DNA of 37,664 nucleotides from a virus (taxonomy: Duplodnaviria > Caudoviricetes), in the IMG/VR virus record IMGVR_UViG_3300026125_000008, positions 1 to 37,664 of that record; one strand, given 5' to 3'. Below, piece by piece: positions 28,914-37,211 of the stretch (the stretch's first letter is position 1; every line of letters begins with the position of its first letter). The notes beneath the pieces were generated by a model, which made no database searches, was not told the DNA's origin, and saw only the letters and a list, made by a program, of their open reading frames with translations. The position numbers and the translations under genes were made by a program.

Positions 28914-31900
28914 ATGGCATTTCAATTACAAACACAACAACCTAATTTTTCAGGTATGGGACAACTAATTCAACAAGCAGACCCTTTTTCAGTATTAGGT
29001 AATACTATGACTGAATTAGATAATAATTTAAATCAAAGAGTTGCAAATGATTATATTAAAGGATTAGGTAGTGATGTATTGTCAAATCCACAAGGTTTAT
29101 TATCAGCATATACTAATGCTCCAAATGAAGCAGTAAGAAAAGTACTTGGAGGGGAATTAAAAAATCTTTCAACTTTACAACAAATGCAAAATGCTGCAAG
29201 TGCTGCTAATTTAGCACAAGAAAAAGGAGCATTAGAAAACTTATTACAACAAAATAAATTGGATATAAGTAATCAAACAATGCAAGATGTAATAGCAGGA
29301 ACAAAGGCTGCTAATTTACAAAAAGTTCAAGAACAACAATATCAGGAACAATTAAGACCAGAACAATTAGCACAAGAAAAATTTAAAACTGGAACACAAC
29401 AAGAATTATTTGATTTAAAGAAAAGAGAATATGATTTAAAAGCAAATAAATTACAAGAAGAAACTAATAAAATTGTTAAAAGTATGGATACTACAAATGC
29501 AGGTAAGTTATATGGAAAAGATAAATTAAAAGCAGAAACTGATATTAGAAATGAATATAATAAAGTAATGGGTGATTATATTAAAACAAAAGATAGTTAT
29601 GCTAAAATTCAAAAAACTAATACTGATACAGCAGCAGGTCAAATGTCTTTAATTTTTCAATATATGAAAATGCTTGACCCTGGTTCTACTGTAAGAGAAG
29701 GTGAGTTTGCAAATGCAAGTAATACAACAGGTATTTCAGGACAAATATTAAATGCATATAATCAAGCAAAAGAAGGTAAATTTTTAAGTCCTAAACAAAT
29801 TGAAGCATTTAAGAATGAAGCACAAAATTTAGTTAGTGCATTGGATGAAAAAAATAAAAATGTAAAAAATACTATGATGAATAGTATAAATGAATATGGT
29901 TTAAATGTTAAGAATATTTTTGGTAAAGAAAGTGAAAGTGTATTTAAAGATACTACAAATAAAGAACAAGTAAATACAACTAATCAAGTTTTACCTTCAT
30001 TAACACCTACTACAAATGGTTTAGATAGTTTAAAAAAAAATGAAGTAGTTCAAACAACTACACCAATAAATGAAAATGATACTAATACTTTTGATTTTAT
30101 TACAGACCCTAATACAGGTATTCCAGTTAAAGTTCCAAAAGGACAAACTCAATTACCTCAACAAAATGTAGAAGCACCTATTACTGGTGATACAAGTGTT
30201 CTTGATAGTTTAGGGACTGCTGGTGAAAACCTTTTAAATATTTTAAAATATAATGCCTCAAAAGGTGGTGCTACTGCAACAGCAGGACTTGCAAATCTTA
30301 ATGAAATGTTAGGATTACCTTCTGATATTTATAGAAATAGTCAAAAGTATTTACAAGAGGCTGCACAAAATGCAGAAACTGCATTAGAACCAACTTATGG
30401 TAAAGATACTTTTTTTGGTGAAGTAGCAAAAGGTATGGGTAATCCATTAAATTATGTTCCAGTTGCAAAAGGAGCAGAAGGTTTAAAACTTCTTGGTGGT
30501 TTAGTAGGATTAGATACAGCAGCAGAAATTGCTACAAAAGGTGATAGAAGTGGTGTAAGTAGTAAAGATATTGGTGATGTTGCTTTAAATACCAGTATAG
30601 GTTTAGTAGGTGGTAAATTAGTTGAAAAAGGATTAGATAAATTATCTAAAATAGAAAAATTAAAAGGAAATAAAACTCCTGAATTAGATAAAATGAAACC
30701 AGAAGATAAAGTTAAATTAGGTGAAAAATATGGGATTGATTTAATGACTTCTGATGTATTTCAACCAAAAACTTGGTTTGGTAAATTACAACAAGAAACA
30801 ACTGAAAGATTACCATTTGTAGGAACAGGAAGTAATAGAGTAAAACAATTAGATCAAAGAAAAGCAGCAGTTGAAAGACTTGGGGAACAATTTAATATAG
30901 GTGACTCAAAAGAAATAGCAGCAAATGTTATGGATAACCTTTCAAAAGCAAGAGCAGAAAAAATAAATAAATATTCAACAATGAAAGAAGAAGTATTTAA
31001 CAATGTAGGTCAAAGTCCAGTAAATGTTTCTAATACTATAAATCAAATTGATAATGAGATTACAAGATTACAAAATATTAGTGATACTTCTTATAATGAT
31101 TTAATAGGTAAATTGACTAATTTAAAAAATGATATTACTAAAAATGATGGTATCAATACTTTAAATGCTTTAAGAAAAACTTTTGGAGAGACTTTAAATG
31201 ATACTACAATGGCAGCAACTAAAACTGAAAATGATAAAGTATCAAATAAAATATATGGTTTCTTAAATGAAGATATAGGACAATTTATTAAAGATAATGG
31301 ACAACCAAAAGATTATAAAAAGTTTAAAATTGCAAATGAAAAAATAACTGGTTTATATGATGATTTAAAAAATAATACATTTAAAAATATTATGAATAAA
31401 GGGGAACATTCACCAGAATTAGTAGAAAAAATGTTATTCTCTGCTGATCCTTCAAAAGCAAAATTATTATATAAAAATCTTAATAAAGAAGGAAGACAAA
31501 ATGCTAAATCTTCTTTATTATCTAAAATATTTGAAGAAAGTAAAAGTAAAACAGAAGCAGGAGATGAAATATCTATATCAAAGTTTATAAATAAAATAAA
31601 TGAACCTAAAATGAAAAAAAATATAGATGTATTCTTTTCACCAGAAGATAAGAAAATGATAGAAGGTTTAACAGAAGTTTTACAAATGACTTCAAGATCT
31701 GATAAAGCAAATATTATGTTAGATACAGGTGGAAAAAATATTGCTGGTGCAATAACTGGTGGTGCAATTGGTGTTGCTGGTGCTACTGGTGATTTAGGTT
31801 TATTATTAGGTGGTGGCGCTGTTGGTTCATTAGGTAAAGTTTTTGAAAGCAAACCAATTATAAATCTTTTAATTAGAATGAATAAAGCACCTGAAAAAGT

Positions 31901-32030
31901 AAAACCTGCAATTGCAAATACAATAAATCTTTTATTAAAAAGAGAACTTGCAAAAGATACAGCAGGAGTTGTAGGAACAGTTGGGGCTTCACAAACAATT
32001 CAAAATATAACAGAAGATAAAAATAAATAA
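28914..32030 (+). CDS. Large internal virion/DNA-transfer (ejection) protein
   Basis: 1038 aa; Gln-rich N-terminus, YMKMLDPGSTVREGEF, LMTSDV...ERLPFVGT and Gly/Ala-rich hydrophobic C-terminus, as in podovirus ejection proteins. Confidence 0.7.
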   Translation: MAFQLQTQQPNFSGMGQLIQQADPFSVLGNTMTELDNNLNQRVANDYIKGLGSDVLSNPQGLLSAYTNAPNEAVRKVLGGELKNLSTLQQMQNAASAANLAQEKGALENLLQQNKLDISNQTMQDVIAGTKAANLQKVQEQQYQEQLRPEQLAQEKFKTGTQQELFDLKKREYDLKANKLQEETNKIVKSMDTTNAGKLYGKDKLKAETDIRNEYNKVMGDYIKTKDSYAKIQKTNTDTAAGQMSLIFQYMKMLDPGSTVREGEFANASNTTGISGQILNAYNQAKEGKFLSPKQIEAFKNEAQNLVSALDEKNKNVKNTMMNSINEYGLNVKNIFGKESESVFKDTTNKEQVNTTNQVLPSLTPTTNGLDSLKKNEVVQTTTPINENDTNTFDFITDPNTGIPVKVPKGQTQLPQQNVEAPITGDTSVLDSLGTAGENLLNILKYNASKGGATATAGLANLNEMLGLPSDIYRNSQKYLQEAAQNAETALEPTYGKDTFFGEVAKGMGNPLNYVPVAKGAEGLKLLGGLVGLDTAAEIATKGDRSGVSSKDIGDVALNTSIGLVGGKLVEKGLDKLSKIEKLKGNKTPELDKMKPEDKVKLGEKYGIDLMTSDVFQPKTWFGKLQQETTERLPFVGTGSNRVKQLDQRKAAVERLGEQFNIGDSKEIAANVMDNLSKARAEKINKYSTMKEEVFNNVGQSPVNVSNTINQIDNEITRLQNISDTSYNDLIGKLTNLKNDITKNDGINTLNALRKTFGETLNDTTMAATKTENDKVSNKIYGFLNEDIGQFIKDNGQPKDYKKFKIANEKITGLYDDLKNNTFKNIMNKGEHSPELVEKMLFSADPSKAKLLYKNLNKEGRQNAKSSLLSKIFEESKSKTEAGDEISISKFINKINEPKMKKNIDVFFSPEDKKMIEGLTEVLQMTSRSDKANIMLDTGGKNIAGAITGGAIGVAGATGDLGLLLGGGAVGSLGKVFESKPIINLLIRMNKAPEKVKPAIANTINLLLKRELAKDTAGVVGTVGASQTIQNITEDKNK

Positions 32031-32037
32031 GGGACTA

Positions 32038-32454
32038 CTAATAATAGTAGTCTCCCCAATCAATTACACCTTTATCTATATATTTTTTTAAATCTATATA
32101 CACTTCTTCTACCATTTTCTTCTCATACCAAGACAAAATTAAATTATTTTTATCTATGCTAAACTGGTCTAATTCAAAGAATTTTAACCAATCTTTTGGT
32201 TTTCTTCCTACTATTTTTGAAAGGTATTCTGCTAACTCTTCTTCTTCTTTATATATATCATTAAAAGCATAATAAATACAATGTCCCAAATGTCTAATTT
32301 CATGTATTTCTTGTATATCTTTTAGATATTTTTTTATATTAAATTTCTTATTTTCACAGTATGGTTTTAAGTATCCAGACTTAACTCTTCCAAGTTTATA
32401 TTGATCTATTCCAGTTATTTTTTCTGCTTCTTCAAAGGTTATAAAATCACTCAA
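32038..32454 (-). CDS. Hypothetical protein with a possible N-terminal excisionase-like HTH
   Basis: FITFEEAEKITGI N-terminus; TTG start after AAGGAG. Confidence 0.55.
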   Translation of the reverse strand: MSDFITFEEAEKITGIDQYKLGRVKSGYLKPYCENKKFNIKKYLKDIQEIHEIRHLGHCIYYAFNDIYKEEEELAEYLSKIVGRKPKDWLKFFELDQFSIDKNNLILSWYEKKMVEEVYIDLKKYIDKGVIDWGDYYY

Positions 32455-32465
32455 AAGTTTCTCCT

Positions 32466-33071
32466 TTAATTAGAGAAACTATTTAATAAATTAGTTCTTA
32501 ATTCTTCACTTGTTATGTATTTTTCAACAAAAATAATTAAGTTGTTTTTATCACTTTTTTTAACTTTATTAAACTCTAAAAATGTATCTACATCTATACC
32601 TCTACTCTTTAAATCATTAGAAAAAAGGTTCCATAATTCTCTTTTTCTTAATACTTCTGGGTCTTCACTTTTAGTAGTTTTTTCTACTTTATTATTCATA
32701 CTATCTGCATCTTTTACATCATCAATTGCAAACAATCCATTCATTGCATACTTCCTTGCATATGAAGAAGTAGCCCCAGTAATTTGACTCGCATCCATGC
32801 CTTTTCTTGTTTCTTCTTCTCTTGCAAAACCATTACCAATTGCAACAATATTATTATCTTTATCTCTTAATTCTGCTGTTGATTTTACATAAAATCTATC
32901 TTCTAATAAGACCATTTCATCTCTTACAATTACACTACATTCATACTTTTTTAATAGTGGTTTTAACCCTTCAAAAATATCTTCTAAACTTCTATATTTA
33001 TACTTTCCAAATCCATTATACTGGTTTTTAGGAGCATTTAATTCTACTTGAATTTTGTTTAATAAACTCAT
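32466..33071 (-). CDS. ERF-family single-strand annealing protein
   Basis: APKNQYNGFGKYKYRSLEDI and GMDASQITGATSSYARKYA...DAD motifs. Confidence 0.9.
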   Translation of the reverse strand: MSLLNKIQVELNAPKNQYNGFGKYKYRSLEDIFEGLKPLLKKYECSVIVRDEMVLLEDRFYVKSTAELRDKDNNIVAIGNGFAREEETRKGMDASQITGATSSYARKYAMNGLFAIDDVKDADSMNNKVEKTTKSEDPEVLRKRELWNLFSNDLKSRGIDVDTFLEFNKVKKSDKNNLIIFVEKYITSEELRTNLLNSFSN

Positions 33072-33189
33072 ACCTATCCTTTACTTTTATGTATATAATT
33101 ATACCAAAATAATAAAAATAATAAACTTTTTATAAATTAAATATAATTTATTTTTTTTCTATTATAATATAATCAAGCACAAATATTTA

Positions 33190-33775
33190 CTTTTTTTCCA
33201 CATTATATTTCTACTTAATTTTCCACACTTTTTGTATTACATAGTCATACACACCATTTCATAGTATTTCATTAAAAAAGTAATAATATAGGTTATTTCC
33301 ACAAATATAGGTGATAGTATAAAGAAACCCACTATATAGGGGGTTATAGAGTGATTTATTTTTTTCCTAAACTTTTCCACAAAATAAGGTGGTATTTTTA
33401 TTTTTTTGATTATAATTAAATTAGAAAGTATGGAAAATAGGGGGTTTAAGGTTTAGGCCACCTCCTTAAAAGGGAAGTGTCTTGAAACTTAAAAACCTCT
33501 TACAAATACCCTATTTATAGGGGGTTATAACCTTAATGATAGATAAAACTATCTAATTTTTTTCCACACTTTTGCCCATTTTAGGGCTTTTGCAATACAT
33601 TTAAGTTTTTTTTAAGATTTAGTAGTATATAATTCAATATATTTGTTAGGTCATCTCTCTAATGGAACTGACCTTTAACTTAAATATTGAAAAAAATTAA
33701 AAAAAAAGCAAAATAAAAAATAATTTTTAAAAAAAGTATTATAATTGATTTAAGTAATACATAGTAATACAAAAA
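33190..33775. other. Putative attP/control region upstream of the integrase
   Basis: Tandem arm-type-like repeats at 33234-33251 and 33754-33771; exact 14-mer TATAGGGGGTTATA twice; four TTTTCCACA copies. Confidence 0.5.
33601..33633 (+). promoter_or_regulatory. Sigma70-type promoter upstream of the integrase
   Basis: TTAAGTTTTTTTTAAG, 11 nt, then TATAAT (33628-33633). Confidence 0.65.
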
Positions 33776-33790
33776 AACAAAGGAAAAACA

Positions 33791-35065
33791 ATGGCAAAAA
33801 AAACAACAAAAATTAACTTACCAGGATTAACTGGACCTTCTGCAAAAGGAATATATTCTTATAAAAAAAGAACACCTGCTGCATTATTAAATTACATAGA
33901 TAAAAAAGAATTATGGATCCCAATTGGGAAAACAATTGCAAGATATGATGAAGTAGTTTCTAAAATTGAAACAGCAACTCAATTAGCAGAAAATGATTTC
34001 ATTCCAGAAGAACAAAAAAAAGAATTGATTTTAAATCTTTTAGGTGAAGAAGATAAATCAGTTTATAAAAAAGTAAAAGTAGTTTCAGAAGAAGAAGATT
34101 TAAAAATCTCAAATATTTTTAAAAGTTTCATCAAACATAAAACTGACATTTCAGAAATTAGTGATAAGACAGTTGAAGGTTATGAAAGAACATTCAAAAT
34201 TATTTTATCAATCACAGGTGATGTTTCAATTTTTAATTTCAATGCAAAGTTCATTGATGAGTTAAGAGTGATTATGAAAAGATTACCAAATTCTGGTTTA
34301 GGTAAATATCAAAAAAATGGAACAGAAGAAATTGTTAAAAAAGTTGTAAGAGATTTTTATGAGAAAAATTTTTCTTTTAGATTACCAGAAGAAGATTTAA
34401 TTAAAATATCAACTGTAAATAAATCATTAGTTCAATTTAATGCAGTGTTAAAATATTTTTATGAAAAAGGTGAAAATAATGAAGGATTTAAATATTGTAA
34501 AGTTGAACAATTTAAAGATGAAAGAGATGAGAATACATTAAGACTAACTTTTAATGAAAATGAATTATCTAAAATGTTAAATGGTTATACAATATTCTCT
34601 CAAATGGCAAGAGTATTTTATTTTTCTGGTTTAAGACCTGCTGAACTATTAAAAGGTAAATTAAAAGTAATTGATGGTATAACTGTATTTTCTCTTTTAA
34701 AAGAAGATATTACAACTGGTGTAAAATTAAAAAATAAATATTCTCATAGATTAGTTCCTGTTCATAAAAAAATAGAAAATGATATTGTTGAGGTTATTAA
34801 ATATTTTAATTCATTAAAAGACCCTTCTGGTGCCTATAGATATTTTAAAAGACATTTTGTAGATAAAAAAGTAATTAGTTCTGATATAGAAAAAAAATCA
34901 TTATATTCATTAAGACATAATTTTGCAACTAAATTAAATGAAATGAAAATTGATATGGAAATTAAAAAAAGACTAATGGGACATGCACAAGAAGATTTAA
35001 TTATGAAAGTTTATACAAAAGATGAAAAATTAGAAACTTTAAATGAAGTTATTCAATCAATGTAA
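33791..35065 (+). CDS. int: Tyrosine recombinase/phage integrase
   Basis: SGLRPAEL (R), LKN (K), YSLRHNFAT, LMGH and VYT (Y) catalytic residues; AAGGA RBS. Confidence 0.92.
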   Translation: MAKKTTKINLPGLTGPSAKGIYSYKKRTPAALLNYIDKKELWIPIGKTIARYDEVVSKIETATQLAENDFIPEEQKKELILNLLGEEDKSVYKKVKVVSEEEDLKISNIFKSFIKHKTDISEISDKTVEGYERTFKIILSITGDVSIFNFNAKFIDELRVIMKRLPNSGLGKYQKNGTEEIVKKVVRDFYEKNFSFRLPEEDLIKISTVNKSLVQFNAVLKYFYEKGENNEGFKYCKVEQFKDERDENTLRLTFNENELSKMLNGYTIFSQMARVFYFSGLRPAELLKGKLKVIDGITVFSLLKEDITTGVKLKNKYSHRLVPVHKKIENDIVEVIKYFNSLKDPSGAYRYFKRHFVDKKVISSDIEKKSLYSLRHNFATKLNEMKIDMEIKKRLMGHAQEDLIMKVYTKDEKLETLNEVIQSM

Positions 35066-35075
35066 GAGGTGTAAA

Positions 35076-35978
35076 ATGAAAAAAATACATTTCTTATATG
35101 AGATAAAAAATAAAAAGTTTCAAAAAAGTTATATAGGTGTTAGGTCTTCTAACTTTATTGATTTAGGTATTAAATACTTTTCTTCTTCTACTGATAAAGA
35201 TTTTATGGAAGAACAAAAGTTATACCCTTATAGATTTGATTATATTGTTTTATTATTATGTGATACAAGAGAAGAAGCATTATCTTATGAGGTTTATTTA
35301 CATAATCATTTTAATGTATCTAATAATGATAATTTTTATAATAAAAGTAATCAAACCTCTGTTGGATTTGATACAACAGGAATAATTAGAAGTGAAGAAG
35401 TAAAAGACAAAATAAGACAAACACAATTAAAAATATTTGAAGACCAATCAAAAAGAGAAAAATCAAGAATTGTAGCAAATAATTGGTGGTTAGAAAATGA
35501 AGAAAAAAAACAAGAATATAGTGAAAGATTAAAAAATAAAATATCAAATAATGCTAAAAAGGTTATACTATTAAAAAAATCTACTAATGAAGAAATTATT
35601 TTTAATAGTATTAAAGAATGTAGTGAATATTTAGAAGTATGTGTTACAACTATGAAATCATATGTGTATCATGGTTTTCCAAAAAAAGAAAGTGTAAATC
35701 AATTTGGTAGTAATAAAAAAGTTTTAGATTATGAATTTGTTATGATAAATGGCGAAGATTATACTAATAATATTTTTAAGCCTCCAAAAGAAAGAGGTCA
35801 AAAAATTGTGTTATATCAAAAATCAACTGATAAGATAATTACATTTTCAAGTTTAAATAAATGTATAAAGTTTTTAAAAGTCAGTAAAAATAGTTTTTAT
35901 AAATACATTAAGAAAGGGTTTCCAGAAAAACTAAAAGACTATGAAATTGTAAAACTTGAAAAAAATAACTCTCCTTAA
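35076..35978 (+). CDS. GIY-YIG (Seg-like) homing endonuclease with NUMOD-type repeats
   Basis: FLYEIKN...SYIGVRS, EEALSYE and FYNK motifs; two IxFxSxxxCxxxL repeats; GAGG RBS before the ATG at 35076. Confidence 0.82.
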   Translation: MKKIHFLYEIKNKKFQKSYIGVRSSNFIDLGIKYFSSSTDKDFMEEQKLYPYRFDYIVLLLCDTREEALSYEVYLHNHFNVSNNDNFYNKSNQTSVGFDTTGIIRSEEVKDKIRQTQLKIFEDQSKREKSRIVANNWWLENEEKKQEYSERLKNKISNNAKKVILLKKSTNEEIIFNSIKECSEYLEVCVTTMKSYVYHGFPKKESVNQFGSNKKVLDYEFVMINGEDYTNNIFKPPKERGQKIVLYQKSTDKIITFSSLNKCIKFLKVSKNSFYKYIKKGFPEKLKDYEIVKLEKNNSP

Positions 35979-35984
35979 AGAAAA

Positions 35985-36016
35985 TTAAGTTTTTTTTAAG
36001 TTTTTTGTTGTATAAT
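35985..36016 (+). promoter_or_regulatory. Sigma70-type promoter with no downstream ORF
   Basis: TTAAGTTTTTTTTAAG, 10 nt, then TATAAT (36011-36016). Confidence 0.7.
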
Positions 36017-36022
36017 ACTTGT

Positions 36023-36147
36023 ATGGTTTTACTTCATTAAGTATTACCTATCAAATATATAAAGGTTTTTTCATTTTTACCTTTGCTATATTTTTTTCAT
36101 GTTTAATCCTATTTTAAAAAGGGGTTTTTCCACCACCCCTTTTTTTT
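36023..36147 (+). ncRNA. Candidate small RNA with three anti-RBS/anti-AUG modules
   Basis: Bounded by a promoter and an intrinsic terminator; CAT...CCT units at 36035-36049, 36072-36084 and 36098-36110. Confidence 0.6.
36116..36147. terminator. Bidirectional intrinsic terminator
   Basis: AAAAAGGGGT-loop-ACCCCTTTTTTTT between the sRNA candidate and the convergent endolysin. Confidence 0.8.
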
Positions 36148-36587
36148 CAATCTTTAATCAATTCAAAATGTGGGTAATCATTAAAAACTTGATCTGTAAA
36201 AACATCATTAGAGTTCCAATCACCCCCCCATCTTATATTATGAGTTATTTTACCTTCTTCTAATAATTCTTCTGTAATTGCTTTAACAAGACCTGCCAAA
36301 TAGAAAAACCTCATTGTATCTTCAACTTGACCACTAAAAGCATTAGTCCCTTTTTTGTAAGGTATAATATCTACTGCCATTGAAGGGTAATTTTGGTGTT
36401 TTGATTTTTTATTTACACCATCTAATTTACTTAATCCTCTTTTAAAATAATCTTTTTGTTGTTTTAATGTTCTATGACCTTCCAGAATACTTATATCATA
36501 ATACTTTATTACTTCATTCATTATTATTTGTAAGTCTTTATGGCAAGTATCTAACTTATCTTGTGATTTTTGTCCAAACTTATACAT
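36147..36587 (-). CDS. Endolysin, M15-family (L-Ala-D-Glu) peptidase
   Basis: EGHRT, SKH(x6)D, RWGGDW and DYPHFEL zinc-peptidase motifs. Confidence 0.9.
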   Translation of the reverse strand: MYKFGQKSQDKLDTCHKDLQIIMNEVIKYYDISILEGHRTLKQQKDYFKRGLSKLDGVNKKSKHQNYPSMAVDIIPYKKGTNAFSGQVEDTMRFFYLAGLVKAITEELLEEGKITHNIRWGGDWNSNDVFTDQVFNDYPHFELIKD

Positions 36588-36914
36588 TTATTCTCCTTTT
36601 TCTTCCATTAGTTCCATAACTTGCATTAAGGTAGTAAATACTAATTCACCTTTATTATTTAGTTTATCTACTATCTCTTCATATTTTTCACCATAATGGT
36701 CAAATTCTTCTAATACAAATATATACATTTCATAGTCTTCTAACTTCTCTAATTCTTTTTTAATATTCTTCATTATTATAATATAATTAAAGTAATCACT
36801 ACTATCATATTGTCTATCTTGGATAAACCTATTAGTAAAGTATTCTTCTGCTCTCTTTTCTACTTTTTCATACAATTCATTTAAGTTCATCATACTTTCT
36901 CTTTCTTTTTTCAT
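36588..36914 (-). CDS. Hypothetical protein
   Basis: 108 aa ORF abutting the endolysin; start uncertain. Confidence 0.65.
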   Translation of the reverse strand: MKKERESMMNLNELYEKVEKRAEEYFTNRFIQDRQYDSSDYFNYIIIMKNIKKELEKLEDYEMYIFVLEEFDHYGEKYEEIVDKLNNKGELVFTTLMQVMELMEEKGE

Positions 36915-37015
36915 TTAATTATAACACAAAAAAAGAATTACAAAAAAAATCACTTTATAAAAAATAATTTTTATTTTTAACTTTATAATACTTTATATTA
37001 CAAAAAGGAAAAGAC

Positions 37016-37210
37016 ATGAAAGATTTAAAAACAAAAGTATTACAGATAAGAGTAACAGAAAAGGAATATGAAAAACTTTTAGAATTATCTTCTGTAATTA
37101 GTGAAGATACAGGTATAGAAGAATTAGCACCTTCTACATTTGCAAGAGGTATTCTTTTTAAAGAATTAAAAAAATTAAGAAAACAATATAAATTAGAAAA
37201 AGGAAATTAA
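37016..37210 (+). CDS. Small ribbon-helix-helix-like DNA-binding protein
   Basis: LQIRVTEKEYEKL...STFARGIL pattern; AAGGA RBS. Confidence 0.65.
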   Translation: MKDLKTKVLQIRVTEKEYEKLLELSSVISEDTGIEELAPSTFARGILFKELKKLRKQYKLEKGN

Positions 37211-37211
37211 A

